Assembly (NCBI GenBank): GCA_951406725.2 | Contig: OX597817.1 | Location: 50,592,001-50,656,000, forward strand | From: Octopus vulgaris | Taxonomy: Eukaryota | Reading direction: 5' to 3' | Length of the DNA stretch: 64,000 nucleotides | Shown here: positions 14,728-28,604 of the stretch, in pieces | How the letters are laid out: every line of letters starts with the position of its first letter | Position numbering within the stretch: position 1 is the stretch's first letter | Program-made: the position numbers and the translations under genes | The notes under the pieces: generated by a model | What the model saw: only the letters and a program-made list of their open reading frames with translations | The model's database searches: none | What the model was told of the DNA's origin: nothing

Positions 14728-15967
14728 GGATATCTACATATATATATATTTTTATACAGAACACACCCACACATGCACACATATATACATATATACATAC
14801 AAATACGCACACACACACACATATACATATGCCGGTTTGCACCACCGGCTCAACACTTTATCATATAATGAATAAAGCCTTAGTTCAGCCAATTCCATTG
14901 GATATTGAATTACATATTATCGATAATACTGCTATGTTTATTAAAACTGCTTGATCCTCAAATACGTGTATACATTACCCATTCTCCTAAGACACGTTCG
15001 TAAAACAGCGCGGTAAACATCATATTGTAAAAAAAAATCGACGAATAACATTCTTACGTCAGTACTGTTGCTAGCCCTTGAGCTAATTTATCTGATTTTA
15101 ATCTACCTATTGCTCTCATCCTCTTCATTTCTCTTTCTCTCTCTCCATCTATCTATCTATTTATTTATGTTTCTATTTATTTATCTAGCTGTCTGTCTAT
15201 GTATGTATCTGTGTTTATCGTGTCGTTCTTCATTCTGTAGAACCACATGTAGATGAAACTACTTGTATCTCTGAAAATACCATTAGATATTACAAGGTTG
15301 TATCAAATAGCGAATGTGGGTGCATGTATATTACAATTTCACTATGAGTCAACTTAATAATACATTCGAGAAGTTATTATGAAAAGAAAGCACGGTGATG
15401 CGTAAATTTAAACGAAAATAGTTTGTAGTAAAAGTTACGCAATAGCATATGAAAGGATTAAAAAGGTAGGGAAAATTATTCAAATCCAGAAAATCTGATT
15501 ACAAAATTTGCAGAATTAGGTTAAGCCGGAGTACGATCAAGCGTAATAGGTTTAAATTGTACGAGAAATACAAAGAAACCATAAAATAATCAAGAAGAAT
15601 TCTTGCATATAATGTTATATTATTTAAATGCAAGGTTGCTCAAAAGCAGTTATGCGTAATATTTGATTTCTACAAGAGTTTCATGAAGTTGTGAACGAGG
15701 ATGAACTAAAAAAATTTAGGAAAAAGTTCTACTAAGTCCAATTGAATGAACGTATATAAGTAATGTATGAATTCAAAGAGGTAGGATTAAATTAAGATAT
15801 CAAGTAAAAGAACACGAATTTAATAAGAATATAAACAGTTATATCACTACCACAACACTTGCGATTGATATTAAAGTTCTGGTTTTAAATATTTCTGTTG
15901 TATACTTTCTCGGAAATTATGTTACAAAGAAGGTAGTTTTTAATGATAACTTACATATAATAAAACG

Positions 15968-16065
<98 letters not shown>

Positions 16066-16279
16066 AATTAGAAAAAAAAAAAACACCTTTTATCAATTCA
16101 ATAATGCAAAAATTAAATTATACCATTTAGAAAAAATGCATATTATAGAAAGATTAAATATACGATAAAACATATAACAATGATTAAGTAATGTGTAAAA
16201 TAGTAAATGTATTTATTTACTAAATGGTATAATTTAATTTTTCATTATTGAATTGATAAAAGGTGTTTTTTTCTAATTT
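16066..16279. mobile_element. MITE-like element with about 65-bp inverted termini in (TA)n
   Basis: AAATTAGAAAA..CACCTTTTATCAATTCAATAATG..ATACCATTTAG pairs with CTAAATGGTAT..GAATTGATAAAAGGTG..CTAATTT. Confidence 0.7.
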
Positions 16280-16294
16280 ATATATATGTATGTC

Positions 16295-16357
<63 letters not shown>

Positions 16358-16442
16358 TTCGAGACAAAACCACTATTTTGCAAAACAAACAAGGAAAGAC
16401 TTAATCAATACATAAAAATTTTTAATATAAAGAAATAAACCG

Positions 16443-16485
16443 CCACTACAATCGTTTCATGTCTTCAATGACATTCGTCAGGTGG
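16443..16485 (-). ncRNA. Type I hammerhead ribozyme (antisense mirror copy)
   Basis: Exact reverse complement of 16533-16575. Confidence 0.8.
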
Positions 16486-16532
16486 ATTTTCGATCTCCTA
16501 ATCTGTTTAAAACAGATTAGGAGATCGAAAAT

Positions 16533-16575
16533 CCACCTGACGAATGTCATTGAAGACATGAAACGATTGTAGTGG
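16533..16575 (+). ncRNA. Minimal type I hammerhead ribozyme
   Basis: ccac-CTGACGA-atgtc(attgaa)gacat-GAAA-c gatt g-TA-gtgg. Canonical core with perfect stems I and II. Confidence 0.88.
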
Positions 16576-16845
16576 CGGTTTATTTCTTTATATTAAAAAT
16601 TTTTATGTATTGATTAAGTCTTTCCTTGTTTGTTTTGCAAAATAGTGGTTTTGTCTCGAATTAATATTATAAAATATTTTACTATAAAATTGGATTTAAT
16701 CCTAAATCTGATTTTTTCCCTGTAAATTTGGATTTATTCCCTAATATTTATTATTATATATATATATATATATATCCAACCATACATACATATATACATC
16801 CATCCATCCACACTACATACATACATACATACATACATACATACA

Positions 16846-16876
<31 letters not shown>

Positions 16877-17073
16877 TTCCAGTGACGTTGTAATTGAAAA
16901 CAATACAATAACATACACGGGGTGAAATTTGTGTAAAACTTGTGAACAAAATTCTAATATAAGCGTGATTTTATCAATTATTCCAATGGTACGTTGTCAA
17001 ATGGAACACGATATATTGGTGGAAATGTTTGGCTGTCAGAAAAAAAAAAGAGCTTGAAATATTTGTTCAGGTG

Positions 17074-17278
17074 AAGGCGAGCTGGCGGAACCGTTAACGC
17101 GCCGGGAAAAATGCTCTGCAATATTTTGTCCTTTTACGCTCTCAGTTCAAAATCCGCTAACATTGACTTTACCTTTCAAACTTGAGGGTTCGATGAAATA
17201 AGTACCAGTTTAACAGTTGAGTCAATGTACGCCCCCCACACATAATTGCTGACCTCGTGTTAAAATTTGAAGCCAATA
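17074..17278 (+). mobile_element. SINE family C
   Basis: AAGGCGAGCTGGCGGAACCGTTAAC...GTTCAAAATCC...GATGAAATAAGTACCAG. Confidence 0.65.
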
Positions 17279-17651
17279 CGTGTTCACTCTTCGTTCTGGC
17301 AGTGGGCAAAACCAGACGTATCCAGATCTGTCTTAAATATAATACTTGACTTGGTCGGTGCATCAGTGCAACTTTTAGATTATAAGACAAAAATGTCTTC
17401 CCTTATTTAGCCTGGGACTTCTTTTTGTTTGCCAGGTTTTGCTGGATAGACAAATTGAAAAATTTCATCTAACTAAAACTATCTACACAGCGTGAATAGT
17501 GAAGGAAAAATGACAGAGAGCTTAAATGTCCTTGAACTTAAATATCTTATCAGATATCAGATGAAATATGAGCAACGAATTGCTAGCAGTTCCATCGGTA
17601 TAGCAGGTCATAACAGATTGTCTTTTCCTGATGTATTTTGAGCTCTCATTC

Positions 17652-17798
<147 letters not shown>

Positions 17799-17804
17799 AT
17801 ACAA

Positions 17805-18058
17805 TATATATATATAATTTCAACAATATTAAGGAATGGCCCTGACAGGCCATTCGACTCACCAGAAAGAGCAGCCAAACTCAAACCGCTAAATAGCTAT
17901 TTAGCGGTTTGAGTTTGGCTGCTCTTTCTGGTGAGTCGAATGGCCTGTCAGGGCCATTCCTTAATATTGTTGAAATTATATATATATAGTCTGTGACTAT
18001 TTTTTCTTTCTCACTAGACCGCTTGTGGCGATAAATTTTTCTTGAATTTTTTGCTACT
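17805..18058 (+). mobile_element. Fold-back element: loop-less palindrome with about 92-bp arms plus tail
   Basis: Centre ATAG|CTAT at 17896/17897, arms 17805-17988. The tail CTAGACCGCTTGTGGCGATAAA...TTTTTGCTAC resembles the reverse complement of 61450-61500. Confidence 0.8.
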
Positions 18059-18074
18059 CATTACTCATTTTACT

Positions 18075-18474
18075 CATTTACTTTTTTCAGTCATTTGACT
18101 GCGGCCATGCTGGAGCACCGCCTTTAGTTGAGCAAATCGACCCCGGGACTTATTCTTTGTAAGCCCAGTACTTATTCTATCGGTCTCTTTTGCCGAACCG
18201 CTAAGTGGCGGGGACGTAAACACACCAGCATCGGTTGTCAAGCAATGCTAGTGAGACAATCACAGACACACAAACACATGCACACACATACATATATATA
18301 TACATATATACGACAGGCTTCTTTCAGTTTCCGTCTACCAAATCCACTCACAAGGCATTGGTCGGCCCAGGGCTATAGCAGAAGACACTTGCCCAAGATG
18401 CCACGCAGTGGGACTGAACCTGGAACCATGTGGTTGGTTAGCAAGCTACTTACCACACAGCCACTCCTGCGCCT
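18075..18474 (-). mobile_element. SINE A, full length
   Basis: Family match. Confidence 0.85.
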
Positions 18475-18482
18475 ATATTGAT

Positions 18483-18528
<46 letters not shown>

Positions 18529-18532
<4 letters not shown>

Positions 18533-19177
18533 ATAAATCTCTGAACGAGATATAAACAGTAACCGCTCGACAACGTAAGGGGTATTAGCCATCTGAATGT
18601 GGCTAGCCACTGGGGTGGGGGTGGGGTGTTACTGATGCGTTTAGCCCCAGGCGATCAACGTCACCAGAAGGACTTTAGACACTATCTCAGTGCCCCTGTG
18701 TTATTTGCAAAGGGAGGTCATCCTCCCTCGAAGACCCGAGTACTACATACGGACTATGGTTTCAAGGTATTTGCCTCTCGTCAACGCCCCCCAGTGGCTA
18801 GCCACATTCAGATGGCTAATACCCCTTACGTTGTCGAGCGGTTACTGTTTATATCTCGTTCAGAGATTTATTATTGTTTTCAGACAATTTTTCTACATCA
18901 GTGACAGTGGTTGCTGTGAAAAACGTTATATATTATTTGCAAGGGGACACCTTCATCGAAGACCGGTGCTTAACATGCGTTGACGAGAGGCAATTACCTT
19001 GAAACTATAGTCCGTATGTAGTACTCGGGTCTTCGAGGGAGGATGACCTCCCTTTGCAAATAACACAAGGGCACTGAGATAGTGTCTAAAGTCCTTCTGG
19101 TGACGTTGATCGCCTGGGGCTAAAAGCATCAGTAACCCCCCAGTGGCTAGCCACATTCAGATGGCTAATCCCTTACG

Positions 19178-19267
<90 letters not shown>

Positions 19268-19412
19268 GTAAGGGATTAGCCATCTGAATGTGGCTAGCCA
19301 CTGGGGGGGGGGTTACTGATGCTTTTAGCCCCAGGCGATCAACGTCACCAGAAGGACTTTCGACACTATCTCAGTGCCCTTGTGTTATTTGCAAAGGGAG
19401 GTCATCCTCCCT
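18529..19412 (+). mobile_element. Retrozyme/pLTR-like element: inverted copy, 349-nt permuted monomer and a second inverted fragment
   Basis: Inverted copy 18529-18786. Forward unit 18787-19179 has terminal direct repeat CCCCCAGTGGCTAGCCACATTCAGATGGCTAAT (period 349). An inverted fragment 19265-19412 lies across (TA)n. Confidence 0.82.
18974..19018 (+). ncRNA. Type I hammerhead ribozyme (UUGACGA core variant)
   Basis: catgcg-TTGACGA-gagg(caatta)cctt-GAAA-ctatag-TC-cgtatg, with palindromic stem III. A mirror copy lies at 18746-18786 on the minus strand. Confidence 0.78.
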
Positions 19413-19538
19413 TTGTATGTATGTATGTATGTATGTAGTGTGGATGGATGGATGTATATATGTATGTATGGTTGGATATATATATATACATATACATATA
19501 TATATACATATACATATATATATATGATATATATATAT

Positions 19539-19817
19539 AACGTTAATCCAAACATGAAAACACAAAGAGAAAACACAACAACGCGAGGACGTGGAACAAA
19601 TATAGTATTATTTGACGCTCAAGAAAAAAGGAAAGAAGGAGGGTTTCACGTTTCGAGCGGAGCTCTTCGTCAGAAACATAGGAAACGTCACTGGAAATAT
19701 GCATGTATGTATGTATGTATGTATGTATGTATGTATGTATGTATGTATGTATGTATGTATGTATGTATGTATGTAGTGTGGATGGATGGATGTATATATG
19801 TATGTATGGTGGGATAT

Positions 19818-19851
<34 letters not shown>

Positions 19852-20063
19852 ATATATGATATATATATATAACGTTAATCCAAACATGAAAACACAAAGA
19901 GAAAACACAACAACGCGAGAACGTGGAACAAGTATAGTATTATTGGACGCTCAGGAAAAAAGGAAAGAAGGAGGAGCTCTTCGTCAGAAACATAGGAAAA
20001 GGAAAGATCCAAGGAATGGAAGACGGAAGAAAAAGAATTGCCAACGGTACACACGCGGTCACA
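19539..20063 (-). mobile_element. Two tandem copies of a Penelope-pLTR-like 3' end with degenerate hammerhead
   Basis: 19539-19685 is similar to 19871-19998. Minus strand 19677-19643 reads gttt-CTGACGA-agagc tcc gctc-GAAA-cg-TG-aaac (G at the cleavage position, so probably inactive). Related to 61871-61988. Confidence 0.65.
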
Positions 20064-20090
20064 TTTATATATATATATATATATATATAT

Positions 20091-20353
20091 ACCAATTAAG
20101 GACTGAACACGAAAAGTGGACAGTCAACATGCTAGATATAGACGTCAAATCGTCATTCTCCACAAAAGATTATGTTCTCAGAGAACATAATCTTTTGTGG
20201 AGAATGACGATTTGACGTCTATATCTAGCATGTTGACTGTCCACTTTTCGTGTTCAGTCCTTAATTGGTATATATAAATATTTTAATCTTCGGATTCTTT
20301 TTTAATATGCTAGACCACTGGTCTTAATTGATAAATATCAATTTCTACCCTTA

Positions 20354-20362
<9 letters not shown>
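20091..20362 (+). mobile_element. Fold-back element: perfect 89-bp palindrome plus tail, in (TA)n
   Basis: Arms 20091-20179 and 20181-20269. An unfolded copy of the left arm at 49182-49272 continues past the fold point. Confidence 0.82.
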
Positions 20363-20421
<59 letters not shown>

Positions 20422-20719
20422 GATTATTTAATAACATTTTTTCGTCTCCACGCAACGTAAAAAAATTGTAGGCCCGAAATTCGTTTGACGAATCTACGAA
20501 ACCTTAAGGTGCATGAAGCCGAATCAAATTGTTAGTAAATAATATATGTAACTCCTACTAAATGTATTGAGTGACACATATTTTCATTTCTCCACACTCC
20601 TGTGTATGAGGGGGTGGGTGGGTGTTTGTGTGTGTGTGTGTATACTCATAGAAACAGACAAACAGATATTCAGACAGACAGACAGACAGACAGACAGATA
20701 GATAGACAGACAGACAGAC

Positions 20720-20778
<59 letters not shown>

Positions 20779-21839
20779 CAGACAGATAAATAGATAGGTC
20801 CATAGATTCATGCATATAAATATATACGTGTATGTATAAGTTGAAATGGGTTTGCTTATATAATTTCGACTAAAAGGTCCAAGGGAATGCAAATCAATTT
20901 TATAAGATATTGTATTGTTCCTAAAGTGATGAAATTCCTTTTGGGTAAAAATAAAATTCGTAGCGTTAGGTTCGACTGCAAACAAAATAATTTAATAAAT
21001 CCTACACGCGTAAAAATAGGATCTCGAAGGATTTAATATAATCTTATACATAATGTAGTGAAATCAATAAAGTATATGTATGTGAAAACACCAATAGATA
21101 ATAATAATACCAGTTGTTACTAAAAGGGAATTGCAATATGCGAAATAGTAGTATTGTTAAAGTAAAAGCAAACAAAAAAAAATAATGTTTTCAATTGAAA
21201 TATTAATATTGATGTAAGATGGCTATAAACAATATGTGCTCGAATAGGGAAATATACGTAGCTGTCGGTAAAAACACATCTAGAGAAAATCATTTAATAT
21301 ATCTAGAAGTTCCTTCGACTGACTGGGAAACTTTTCAGGATATTAATGGTGCAGAATAAAAAAACAAAACAAAATATGACATTTAATTAATTGAACTTCG
21401 GGGAAATTGTGAATATATTAAAAACGAACAAAAATATTTTCATATAAACATATGAAGCAGTGAAAATCCAAAATATAGGTTTGTCTGTTTATTTTAAACA
21501 AGTTTCTGCACGCTACAACGTAAAAGACATCCGTTGTGAATTTTTGTAGTTCAGAAAAAATTCTCTGTATAGGTTACTAACTGACGTACTTGGGAATTCT
21601 CAGAAAAGCGGGGTTTATCCCTTGGTCCCATTCTCATAACTGTTTCGCTAAACCAACAGTAACAATACAAAGTAAGTAGCCCTTGAAACGATTTTTATGC
21701 ATTTACAGAGAATACCGAACCGTCTGATATAGGATCTTGTTTTTAGGAAATTCCAATAAGTTATGAAAATCCAAAATCGTGAAGTCAGTGTATTTGTTGT
21801 AGAGTACATCTTTAAAAAAACTTCTACACAACTAGCAAA

Positions 21840-22190
21840 GTAAATTAAGAAAGTGTTCTTACACATAAACAGCGTGTAACCTTTTGGGCGGGAAAGAAAA
21901 TTAAAGGATTTTTAAATGGATTATTTCCCCTTCCTCGTTAAAGACAAGTAAAGGGTACATCTTAAGGTAACATCAACACAGCTTTCAATATGAATTAAGA
22001 TGTTCCTACATGTAGACAGCGTGGGAACTTTATGAAGACAGAACAGATTGTAATGTCATTGATAGATAAGTGGCAGTTTCTGTCTGATTCTATGGTTCGT
22101 TGTTATAGAAAGTACATCGTTACAAAACATTCACACATCTATCAATATAAATTAAGGTATTCCTACATGTAAACAGGGTGTGACCTTTGC
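21840..22190. repeat. Degenerate tandem repeat, about 150-bp period
   Basis: AATTAAG..TGTTCCTACATGTAAACAGCGTG-like motif at about 21842, 21993 and 22150. Confidence 0.45.
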
Positions 22191-22281
22191 TATGGCAGTT
22201 CATTTATCTAAAAGCAGAACAGTCCTTCATGCAGCGCTTGTCTATTGGCTGAAGTCACACGAAAAGCATCGTCATTCATGG

Positions 22282-22767
<486 letters not shown>

Positions 22768-22769
22768 TG

Positions 22770-23370
22770 CTATTTCTAGCATGTGGCAGACTACCTAGCA
22801 GTCTTACCCTGTAAATATATACATGTATTAGAATTTTCTCTGATTTTTCAGATTTTTTGTACGCTACACTACTGGTTTTAAATTGATATTAAAATTAATG
22901 TTGATTTATCTCCCTCATTATTTAAATATTGAAATAAATACGTTCTCTAGTAGCAAGCACTAACAGCAGTGAATTATTTACTGCAGTTCTTCGCTTCAGG
23001 AATTTTTTAGCGCGCCGGAACTAAGACATTTGAAGTTTTATCCCTAATGTAATCGGTAAAACTAAACACGTGTCTGTTTTGGCACAGAACGCTGGGCTTA
23101 GTTTTTTCGGAATTCATTTACACTAAGCGATTGTACTGATGAAGCCACGGACATTTGAATTATGTAAGTAATTATTTTATTTAAGGCCGAAACCGAGGTA
23201 TGCAATTAATTCTGTTTTTTATATAAATTTTCATCTGCCCTGCCCGCCAAATTTGGTTCTGGTGTTCGCTGAATCTTTCCTCTAGAGAACTTTCTTTGTA
23301 GTTTGATCGTTGATGATCTATTTCTAGCATGCGGCAGACTACCTAGCAGTCTTGCCCTGTAAATATACAC

Positions 23371-23375
<5 letters not shown>
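22770..23375 (+). mobile_element. Hammerhead-bearing element with 58-bp terminal direct repeat (548-nt monomer)
   Basis: CTATTTCTAGCATG(T/C)GGCAGACTACCTAGCAGTCTT.CCCTGTAAATATA.ACATGTA occurs at 22770 and 23318. Ends in (TA)n. Confidence 0.78.
23130..23206 (+). ncRNA. Type I hammerhead ribozyme
   Basis: attgta-CTGATGA-agcc...ggcc-GAAA-c cgag g-TA-tgcaat. Confidence 0.78.
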
Positions 23376-23404
<29 letters not shown>

Positions 23405-23406
<2 letters not shown>

Positions 23407-23678
23407 AGGCGCAATGGCCCAGTGGTTAGGGCAGCGTACTCGCGGTTTCGATTCCCAGACCGGGCGTTGTGAGTGTTTATTGAGCGAAAACACCTAAAAC
23501 CTCCGCGAGGCTCCAGCAGGGGGGGAGGTCCCTGCTGTACTATTTCACCACTCTTTCTCCCACTCTTTCTTCTGTTGGCCTGCTCGCTTAGCCAGCGGGA
23601 TGGCGTCATTTGAAGGCTAAAACAATGCGAACGCATTGTGACCAGCGATGTGCAACTACATCTGATGGTCACGTGATA
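23405..23678 (+). mobile_element. tRNA-derived SINE family B (tail type 1)
   Basis: Head GGAGGCGCAATGGCCCAGTGGTTAGGGCAGCG...GGTTTCGATTCCC. Confidence 0.8.
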
Positions 23679-23754
23679 TATATATTATATTTTGTGAAAT
23701 TTGATTTAGTATTTCTAAATTGAATTTCTCCCTGTAAGTTTGGAATAATATTCC

Positions 23755-24065
<311 letters not shown>

Positions 24066-24111
24066 ATATGTTTGTGTGTGTGTCCGTGTGTGCTTGTATG
24101 TATGTATGATT

Positions 24112-24477
24112 TTATGGTGACGAGGGTTCCAGTTGATCCGATCAGCGGAACAGCCTGTTCGTGAAATTAACGTGCAAGTGGCTGAGCACTCCACAGACAA
24201 GGGTATCCTTAACGTAGTTCTCGGGGAGATTCAGCGTGACACAGAGTGTGACAAGGCTGGACCTTTGAAATACAGGTACAAGAGAAACAGGAAGAAAGAG
24301 TGAGAGAACGTTGTGGTGAAAGAGTACAACAGGGTTTGCCACCACCCACTACAGGAGCCATGTGGAGCTTCAGGTGTTTTCCGTCAATAAACACTCACAT
24401 CGCCCGGTCTGGGAATCGAAACCGCGTTCCTACGACCGCGAGTCCGTTGCCCTAACCACTGGGCCATTGCGCCTCCA
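24112..24477 (-). mobile_element. SINE B (tail type 2)
   Basis: Same head as 23405. The tail ...GTGGAGTGCTCAGCCACTTGCACG... is shared with the SINE D copy at 46816. Confidence 0.82.
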
Positions 24478-25506
24478 TGTTTGTATTAAATTATGCGTAT
24501 GTACATAGACAAATTAAGCCTGTCAGGCCGCATATCCGAACTTTCTGGCACACCTGTCTATGGAAAAGTTTTATAAGTATGTATACTGCAAAAAACTATT
24601 GAGTATTTCTTTTAATATTAAATTGTTTTTATGCGTAACTCGACATAAAGACAAACACACACACCCTTTACACAAACATCTATTCTTGTATATAAGTACG
24701 TAAGTATATATGTTTGTAATTCTTTACCAATAATACTAGTCTATCCATTACAACAATTGTTTCCATCTTTTATTCTTGTATTATTCCAGTATAATAGTCA
24801 CAACCACTCTCCCAAGGCAATTTAAAATACACTTTATGCAAAACTTCAAATTCATGTTCTATAAAAAAATACTCGAGTTCATATGTGTGAGTATATGCGA
24901 GTTTGTTTCTCTCTGTTTTTGTGTTTATTCGCTTTCTCTAAAGATGTTATCTTTCTTTACAGAACACATAATATTTTCATTGTTATTCACAAGACTAAAT
25001 TCAAATTAGGTTTTCCTAAGTATGCTGAGGATATATTTAATGTAAATGCACTACATTAGTTAGTTTTCTTCTGATAGACTCTCATGCATGCCAATCCTCC
25101 ATCACTATAAAAGATATTATGCGGTGATATAGAATCATCGTATCTACTTTTGAACCTGTTTCGTTTCTTGGTTCAATGTACGTTTAGTGCTTCTTCACTT
25201 CTCACTAAATTTATGTGCGTGTGTCTTTGTGTGTGTGTGTACGTGCGTTTTTTTTTCTTTATGAATTCAGAAGCGGTGAAGGGTGATAATTCTGTTAATA
25301 ATAATAATATTTTATAAGCTTAAAGCTAATAAGAGATCACTGTGTATTAACTAAAGAAAATAGTCTAATGGTGGAACATGTAAGACCTCAACGGAAACAA
25401 GTAGATTTTCCGTACGCATGAGACGTGAAACTACATGTCTTATATTCGAGATAAGTATCCCATATGTACGGAAAACCCACTACCCTCAGTCCAGGGCTTA
25501 TATACT

Positions 25507-25739
25507 TGTTTCTTTACTACCCAAAAAGGGCTAAACACAGAGGTAACAAACAAGGACACACAAACGGATTAAGTCGATTACATCGACTGCAGTGCGTAAC
25601 TGGTACTTAATTTATCAACCCTGAAGGGATGAAACGCAAAGTCAACCTCGGCGGAATTTGAACTCAGAATGTAACGGCAGCTGAAATACGGCTACGCATT
25701 TCACCCGGCGTGCTAACGTTTCTGCCAGCTCGCCGCCTT
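25507..25739 (-). mobile_element. SINE C, full length
   Basis: AAGGCGGCGAGCTGGCAGAAACGTTAGCACGCCGGG...GAGTTCAAATTCC...TTTCATCCCTTCAGGGTTGATAAATTAAGTACC. Confidence 0.82.
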
Positions 25740-25780
25740 TCCATGATATATATATATATACCACAATATTAGATTATTTT

Positions 25781-26058
25781 CTTGGACAAGTGTCTTCTAC
25801 TATAGCCTTGGGCCAACCAAGGCCTTGTGAGTGAAATATATATTTAGATAGATATATAGATATGTGTGTGTATGTATATATGTGTCTGTGTTTGTCCCCC
25901 CTCCATCGCTTGACAACCGATGTTGCTGTGTCTCCTTAGCGGTTCGGCATAAGACCGATAGAATAGTTATTAGGCTTACAAAGAAGAAGTCCTAGGGTCG
26001 ATTCGTTCGACTAAAGGCAGTGCTGCAGCATGGTTGCAATCAAATGACTGCAACAAAT
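25781..26058 (+). mobile_element. SINE A, partial
   Basis: Family match lacking the head. Confidence 0.7.
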
Positions 26059-26399
26059 AATATATATATATATTTATATGTGTGTGTGTGTCTAGATATT
26101 TTATGCGCACGGTGTTAGTCGTTTTTTTTTTTTCTGCTTGGTAGTTAGACTGGTTTGTAAACTATTCTTGTGATAAAAAAAATGCATTGTTCTCTTGCAG
26201 TATTTTTCACTTATTTAATTATTTGTTTATTTATTTATTTATTTATTACCTATTTGCGGAATCTGAGATATCAATGCATGGCCCTTCTTTTTAGGTCAGC
26301 ATAATTTTCAGTAGATATAAGTTTAAATATTTGTACAAATAAAGAGTGGATGTGCATAAATTAGTAGAAGTGCAGAGTTGGTAAAAGGTAGCTACAATT

Positions 26400-26885
26400 T
26401 AGTCTTTAATAGAAAGTGCGCTACTTGATTCGAAGCAGAGAAGTGTTGCACCTCAACTGTTTGGCGGAGATAGCAAGTCGGAGACTGGTGTAGCTCGACT
26501 TTGCAGCATGATTTAATGACATTCATAGCTCTCAGTTAAAGATGCGAAGTTCTGTGAAAGGATGATCATAACTGCTAAAATTCGAGAAGCGATAGCTGAT
26601 TAGAAGAGAGAGTCACCGGAGCTGGATGGTCTGCACGGCGAGCTATATCTTCGTATACCAGGCTTATTGACTAACTTTTCACGAGGTACAAGAGATGTGG
26701 TGGTTCATCTACGAAACGATAAAAACAGGGGCGGGGATAATTTAAACAACTCCAGGCGCATAACTCTGCTAAATGCAGAGTTGAAGCATTTTACTAAGAG
26801 CTTGATGCATCTCGTCGACAGGTGAGTTACAAACATGTGCCATTCCGAATAGATCTATCCACTACAACCTCCACCTCAAGCGACA
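26400..26885 (+). pseudogene. Degenerate L1/Tx1-like LINE reverse transcriptase fragment
   Basis: Pieces read SPELDGLHGELY, DNLNNSRRITLLNAELKHFTKSL and QTCAIPNRSIHYNLHL. These match the SPGxDG, NxRPITLLN and QT(C)xPGRSIxDN motifs. Confidence 0.7.
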
Positions 26886-26907
26886 CGTAGTATTATTAAT
26901 TTTATTA

Positions 26908-27750
26908 AGGGAGGCGAGCTAGTAGAATCATTATCACGCCGAGCGAAATGCTTGGCGCTATTTCGTCTGCCGCTACGTTCTGAGTTCAAATTCCGCCGAG
27001 GTCGACTTTGCTTCCATTCTTTCGGAGTAGGAGAAATAAGTACCAGTTACGCACCAGGGTCGATGTAATCGACTAGCTCCCTTTCCCCAAAAAATTTCAA
27101 AGCCTTGTGCCTAGAATAGAAATAATTATTAATATTATTAAAGCAGTAACTTGGTAGAATTGTTAGCCCAAGGGAAAAATTGCTTGGCGTCATTTCGCAC
27201 GCCTTTTCGTTCTGAGTTCAAATGACGCCGGGGTCGACTTTGCCTTTCACCCTTTCAGGGTTGATAAAGTAAGTAACAGTAGAACACTGGGGTCGATGTA
27301 ATCGACTTACCACTCCTTCGAAATTGCTGGCCTTGTGCCAAAATTTGTAAACAATATTATTTAAGGTGGCGGGCTGAGTGAACCGTAAGCATAGCGGAAT
27401 ACATATTTGGCGGTATGTCGTCTGTCTTTACGCCCTGTGTTCAAATTCCACCGAGGTCGGCTTTACTTTTCACTCGTATGGGGTCGATAAAATAACTGCT
27501 AATAGAACACTGGGATCTATGTAATCGACTACACCCCTCCTCGTATTCTCATACTCGTTATCATAACTATTGGCTGATTAATTAGAGCGTTGGGCAAATG
27601 ATTTTTCGGTCTTTGTTACCGTCCTTTGCGTTCCGACTTCGAATCTTGCAGAGGTCACAGTTGACATAGGTTTCCCGCTCGATAAAATAACGAACCAGCA
27701 TTTGCCAATTCACCTCCTCCTAACCGTTGCCATGATGCCAACGTTAGAAA
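26908..27750 (+). mobile_element. Head-to-tail cluster of four SINE C copies
   Basis: Copies start at about 26910, 27140, 27363 and 27570, with ATTATT-type spacers. The last copy is the most degenerate. Confidence 0.75.
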
Positions 27751-28604
27751 CTGTCATAGTAGAAGGAAAACCGATCGCATCTATCTGCTTAAATGTTCGC
27801 TCAAAACTCTAGAGACATTTTGATAAGATTAACAAATAGTAAGCCATTTTGTGGTATCTTTCTTTGGCTCCTGTCCTCTTTATCCCTCTTTAAAATTTAG
27901 TTTTTCTCTTTCTCCCTCTCTTATAATCCCTGAATCACCTCTCCTCTTCCTCTTACTCTGTCTATCTCTAATTCTTTGACAAATATTCTAAAATATTATA
28001 TAAATTATTAGGATTCGTTCAGACTTAATTAGACATAATGAAGATATATATCACATCAAGTAGCTGATTTATTACCAAATGGGAATACACTAAAATGTAC
28101 ACAGGCCTGTCCGATTGTCTCTTTATATATATATATATATATATGTGTGTGTGGGGGGGTGCGTGTGTGTGCGAGAGAGAGAGAGAGAGGGAGAATTTAA
28201 TCGATTAGACCCTTCCTGTGGTGCAACATTTCAATTTTATAATGAAATAATCTGTTTTACACTATCAAATTGTTGTTTCTATATTACTTTCAAATTTAGG
28301 TAAAAATGTTTTGTTCTATTTATTCAGTTTTGTTTATTCTATTTATGTATTTTTGTTTAAATGTGATAAGAATCTAAGAATCGTCTTATAAAATGACTGC
28401 ATTTTATAGATTAACAAACTTCAGCTTTCGATACCAATTAAGGCTTATTTGTTGGTAGTTTTCATTTTAATTATTAGAGAACCAAACCACTAACTAGTTT
28501 GTGTTTCACAAAATATTGACAAACATTATGTTTTCAAACGCACACATATCTATACATATGTGTGTGCGTGTGTGTGTATTTATATATATATATATATATA
28601 TATA

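Larger units (their letters stand above)
16351..16756 (+). mobile_element. Fold-back element: perfect 158-bp palindrome plus tail, hammerhead in each arm
   Basis: Arms 16351-16508 and 16510-16667 with a 1-nt loop. The tail ...TTTTCCCTGTAAATTTGG... is related to 23680-23757. Confidence 0.85.

Noticed and set aside
23405-23460. tRNA genes at SINE heads
   Set aside because: A/B boxes are present but there is no complete cloverleaf, and each head continues into a SINE body.
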